Shown piece after piece: positions 60,951 to 64,000 of a stretch of DNA of 64,000 bases; positions within the stretch are counted from its first letter, which is position 1, and the number at the start of each line of letters is the position of its first letter. The notes beneath the pieces were generated by a model that saw nothing but the letters and a program-made list of their open reading frames with translations, searched no databases and had not been told where the DNA came from. Made by a program: the position numbers and the translations under genes. The stretch covers positions 6,926,864-6,990,863 of the forward strand of contig CM121342.1 in the NCBI GenBank assembly GCA_051530055.1, read 5' to 3'. The DNA comes from Neoechinorhynchus agilis. Lineage: Eukaryota > Animalia > Acanthocephala.

Positions 60951-63804
60951 GATCTTTAAAACGAGTCAATTAAATCGATTTTTATGTATTAAAAAAAGCT
61001 GTGAACTAGCAAATAAAAAGAATTCAGTACAGATACAGAAACGAATATTAATATGTTTTAATGTGTTAAACTTGACAGCGAATTAATAACATTTCTCGGA
61101 TCTTAGAAACACCCTAATTTAACACATAAAGCAAATATTCGTTTACTTTTCTCCAATTGAGCAACATTTGAGTGTGAACACTCAATAATCTATATTTGAT
61201 GATGGTGATAAGAAACTCCATGGTCGTGCAACCAATCAGCTTTCAGCATTTTATCTAACCATCTAGTAGACGTAGGCGTGCTCTATGAGTACACTCACTC
61301 ATTCGTATTAATCTACAAGCAATCGGTTCAGAAGATGTTCGACGCACTCTTACTGATCACAGCAACAATATCAATTGCAATTATTCAGAAATTGGACTTT
61401 TACATGTTCTTAAGTGTTACAATCAGTGTAAACATTGAACCAAGATCAACGAATCAACGAAGCCGAAACGTATATTCAAAGAAATTCACCGAGAAACTGC
61501 TAATAATTGCTCAAGAAATGTCCTAAAAGAACGATTCCACAAATAAGGTTTTGATGCATATTTTAACTATTAAAATCGTATTGTTTGAATGTACACCCAA
61601 AATCAGTCCGCCATTTCATCTATTTTCCACGGAAATGCATTTTTCCCAATGATTCAGTCTTCTACTCATTGTTTAAAAATAAATTTCGTACATGTTGCGT
61701 TCTAAATAGTGTTTTAAGATAAAAAAAAGGGTTCATCATCAGTTCTAAAATACAAGTGGATGTCAGTTCGAAACATCAATTGGAACAATAAAAGTAATCT
61801 GCGCTGCGCAGAAGCTGTCCAGAAGCATAAGTGCATCAAATAAACCAAAATCTACTAATCGAATAAAAAAAAACAATTTTACCAACCATAGAAAGGGAGA
61901 GTTTGGGTATTGAGGAGCTTAGAGATCGCTCAAACTCAGCTTCTACTTCTCTCCCCCATTCTTAATTTAGGATTCATTAGAGTCTCAGATTTTGGATCGA
62001 CATTTTTAAAAATTGAAATAATTCTATTTTTAAAGCTGTCGATTGGTTTCGGGTTTTTTTTGCTGTGGATACTCAGACACAAAATTGTGCCTCCGAAATC
62101 AGTCGGATCTTAAAATAAAATCATTATAAAACAACCAACATGAACAATTCAATGTTCAGCTGCTTATTTTAACGCAATTGGAATCTAGGTGATCCCTTGA
62201 ATATCTACAGCAAAAACGTCGGATTTAAAAATCATTTTAATTTCCTCGTTCTTAATAGTCATAAAGTACGTTAAAAATATAAAAGAGTCTTATTTGGGCA
62301 GTTCAAATTAATATTAAAATAGATAATAAAAAAACTTTAAATATTAATATTTCCAATGAATATTTTTTAACCTTGAAGCATAAGTCACTAAGGTAATGCA
62401 GATAAGACATTATTTCTAAGACTCGAAGCTTCATATTTCAATGCGGCATCCCTAAGGAAAAATATTGTGAAAAAGATATATAAAGTCGGTTTTACTGAAG
62501 GTATCACGACGAAAAGTGATCTTCTCCCATTACACGAGTTTCAACCGCTTTTTTCTTATTTTCCTTAAAAAAGAATTTGGGGCTCAAATTTTGTACAATT
62601 TATGTTAATTACAACAAAATTGCAAAAAATAAAGTTAATAAATCAAAAGCTTCGAGCATTTCTCGCGCACAACTTAGCGATTATTTTGGCTGACTGAATA
62701 TGTATTGTTCTCTTTAATAGTCTGCCAAAGGTAAAAAATACACAATAAACCGTCAATTTGTTGTAATTTTGGAAATATGCGTTTGTCAAAGTTCAAAAAG
62801 TAAAAAAAGGCAATTTGTTGTCCGCTTTTATTGGAAGAAATATTGATTTTGAACAAAATCTAACACGTATTTTAGCTTCTCTTTAAGCTTCTTTAATTCT
62901 CTCGCAAATTTTCAGTTGGTTAAAAAGTATTTTAGTATAAATTCGTTTCAAAGCTGCCGCCAAAGCTATTAAGGTCATAAAATATTAGTTCAGGCTGGAA
63001 GCACTTATCTCTATCACGGGTGAGATCAAAGAATCTTTGAGCACCTCAAAAGATCCGATTTTTGCCTTAATTGCTTTATTTGCTAACGCCCATAAAAAGG
63101 TAAAGTCAATAAAAAAATTATTTCTGTTCCAAAAATATAATACAAAGATCGCTGCAGGCATTTCATCAAGAATTGGTGGCTATTGTTCATCTCTAAAACC
63201 TTTCCTATTGTTTTTTGAAGTTTTGGAGAAATTACTAAGCTTCGATTAATATAACCATGGAAAAAGATGAAAATATTTGCATTTTATATATCACAAATTA
63301 AATTTTTGAGTTGTAATAAATTAATTTTTTTATTGTAGGACGAATACAGCTCGTGGACATAAAATCTCTGTTACATCGCTAAAAATTCTCAAATTGAAAA
63401 AGCAATTTGTCTAGTAAGCTAAATCGCTACAAAAATGCAGCAAATTTGGATTTATATGCCGATAACCCAACATAACTGAAAATTAATCTTATGACACAGA
63501 ACGAATCCAGCATTTTTAAACTAGAAACTCTAATTATACAATTCCGAGTTTTTACTTGGCAATCGTAGGAAAAAATTTACGCAAAAAACAACTCATTAGA
63601 CTCATTTGGCCACATTTATGAATTAAGGATTGTGGGAAAAGTTATGAGGAGGGAATATTATTTTATCACTCAGATCAAAAGTTTTCTTATGTATTCTGGC
63701 AAGTGTTTTAGAACCTTCCCTTACTCAGCTTTTTCCTTTAAAGGCACACAGCCAACTAATATCTTTGATCAGGGAAACACATAAAATCACCTGAATTCGG
63801 AAAC

Positions 63805-63870
63805 GTACGGTTATGAGTTTTGTACATTTTTACGGGTTTCCTCCTTTCAACGCTATTTCGTCCCCTTTAT
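63805..63870 (-). mobile_element. Internally deleted remnant of the 11630/19565 SINE family
   Basis: cggttatgagttttgtacatt...tttcctcctttcaacgctatttcgtccccttt matches cggttaagagtttgtacatt...ttcctcccttcagcggtatttcgtccccttt. Confidence 0.6.
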
Positions 63871-64000
63871 TTCTAAATCAGAGATGCTTAAAAGAAAAAG
63901 ATTAAAAGTTCCATTTGATAAGGATGGCGAGTTTAAACTCATTCTTTTTTGTCGAAGCATTTCATTACGATGGAAGCATATTTCCTTTTTTTATTTCTAA

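Overview
AT-rich, compact, fast-evolving animal (invertebrate) genomic DNA with short GT-AG introns (46-54 nt where resolved); the taxon cannot be assigned from the sequence alone. 0.3-2 kb holds a disrupted SNAPC4-like Myb gene and 2.2-4.9 kb a degraded CRE-type (RT+RLE) non-LTR element. A ~7.9 kb head-to-tail duplication (4263-12183 / 12184-20120) carries an orphan Cys-cluster ORF, a secreted LRR gene and a tRNA-derived SINE in each copy. Helitron and LINE scraps follow. An intronless bacterial-type D-lactate dehydrogenase (LdhA-like) sits between a 107-bp and a 164-bp tandem array. The rest contains an Ig-superfamily receptor, a KIF13-like gene with no detectable motor/FHA exons, a 2-EF-hand gene, orphan ORFs and a TONSL gene that appears to stop after its UBL domain. 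Six unrelated tandem arrays (107, 164, 178, 268, 140, 296 bp), several foldback elements and degenerate hammerhead-like motifs are also present. All protein calls rest on motif recognition by eye, not database searches.
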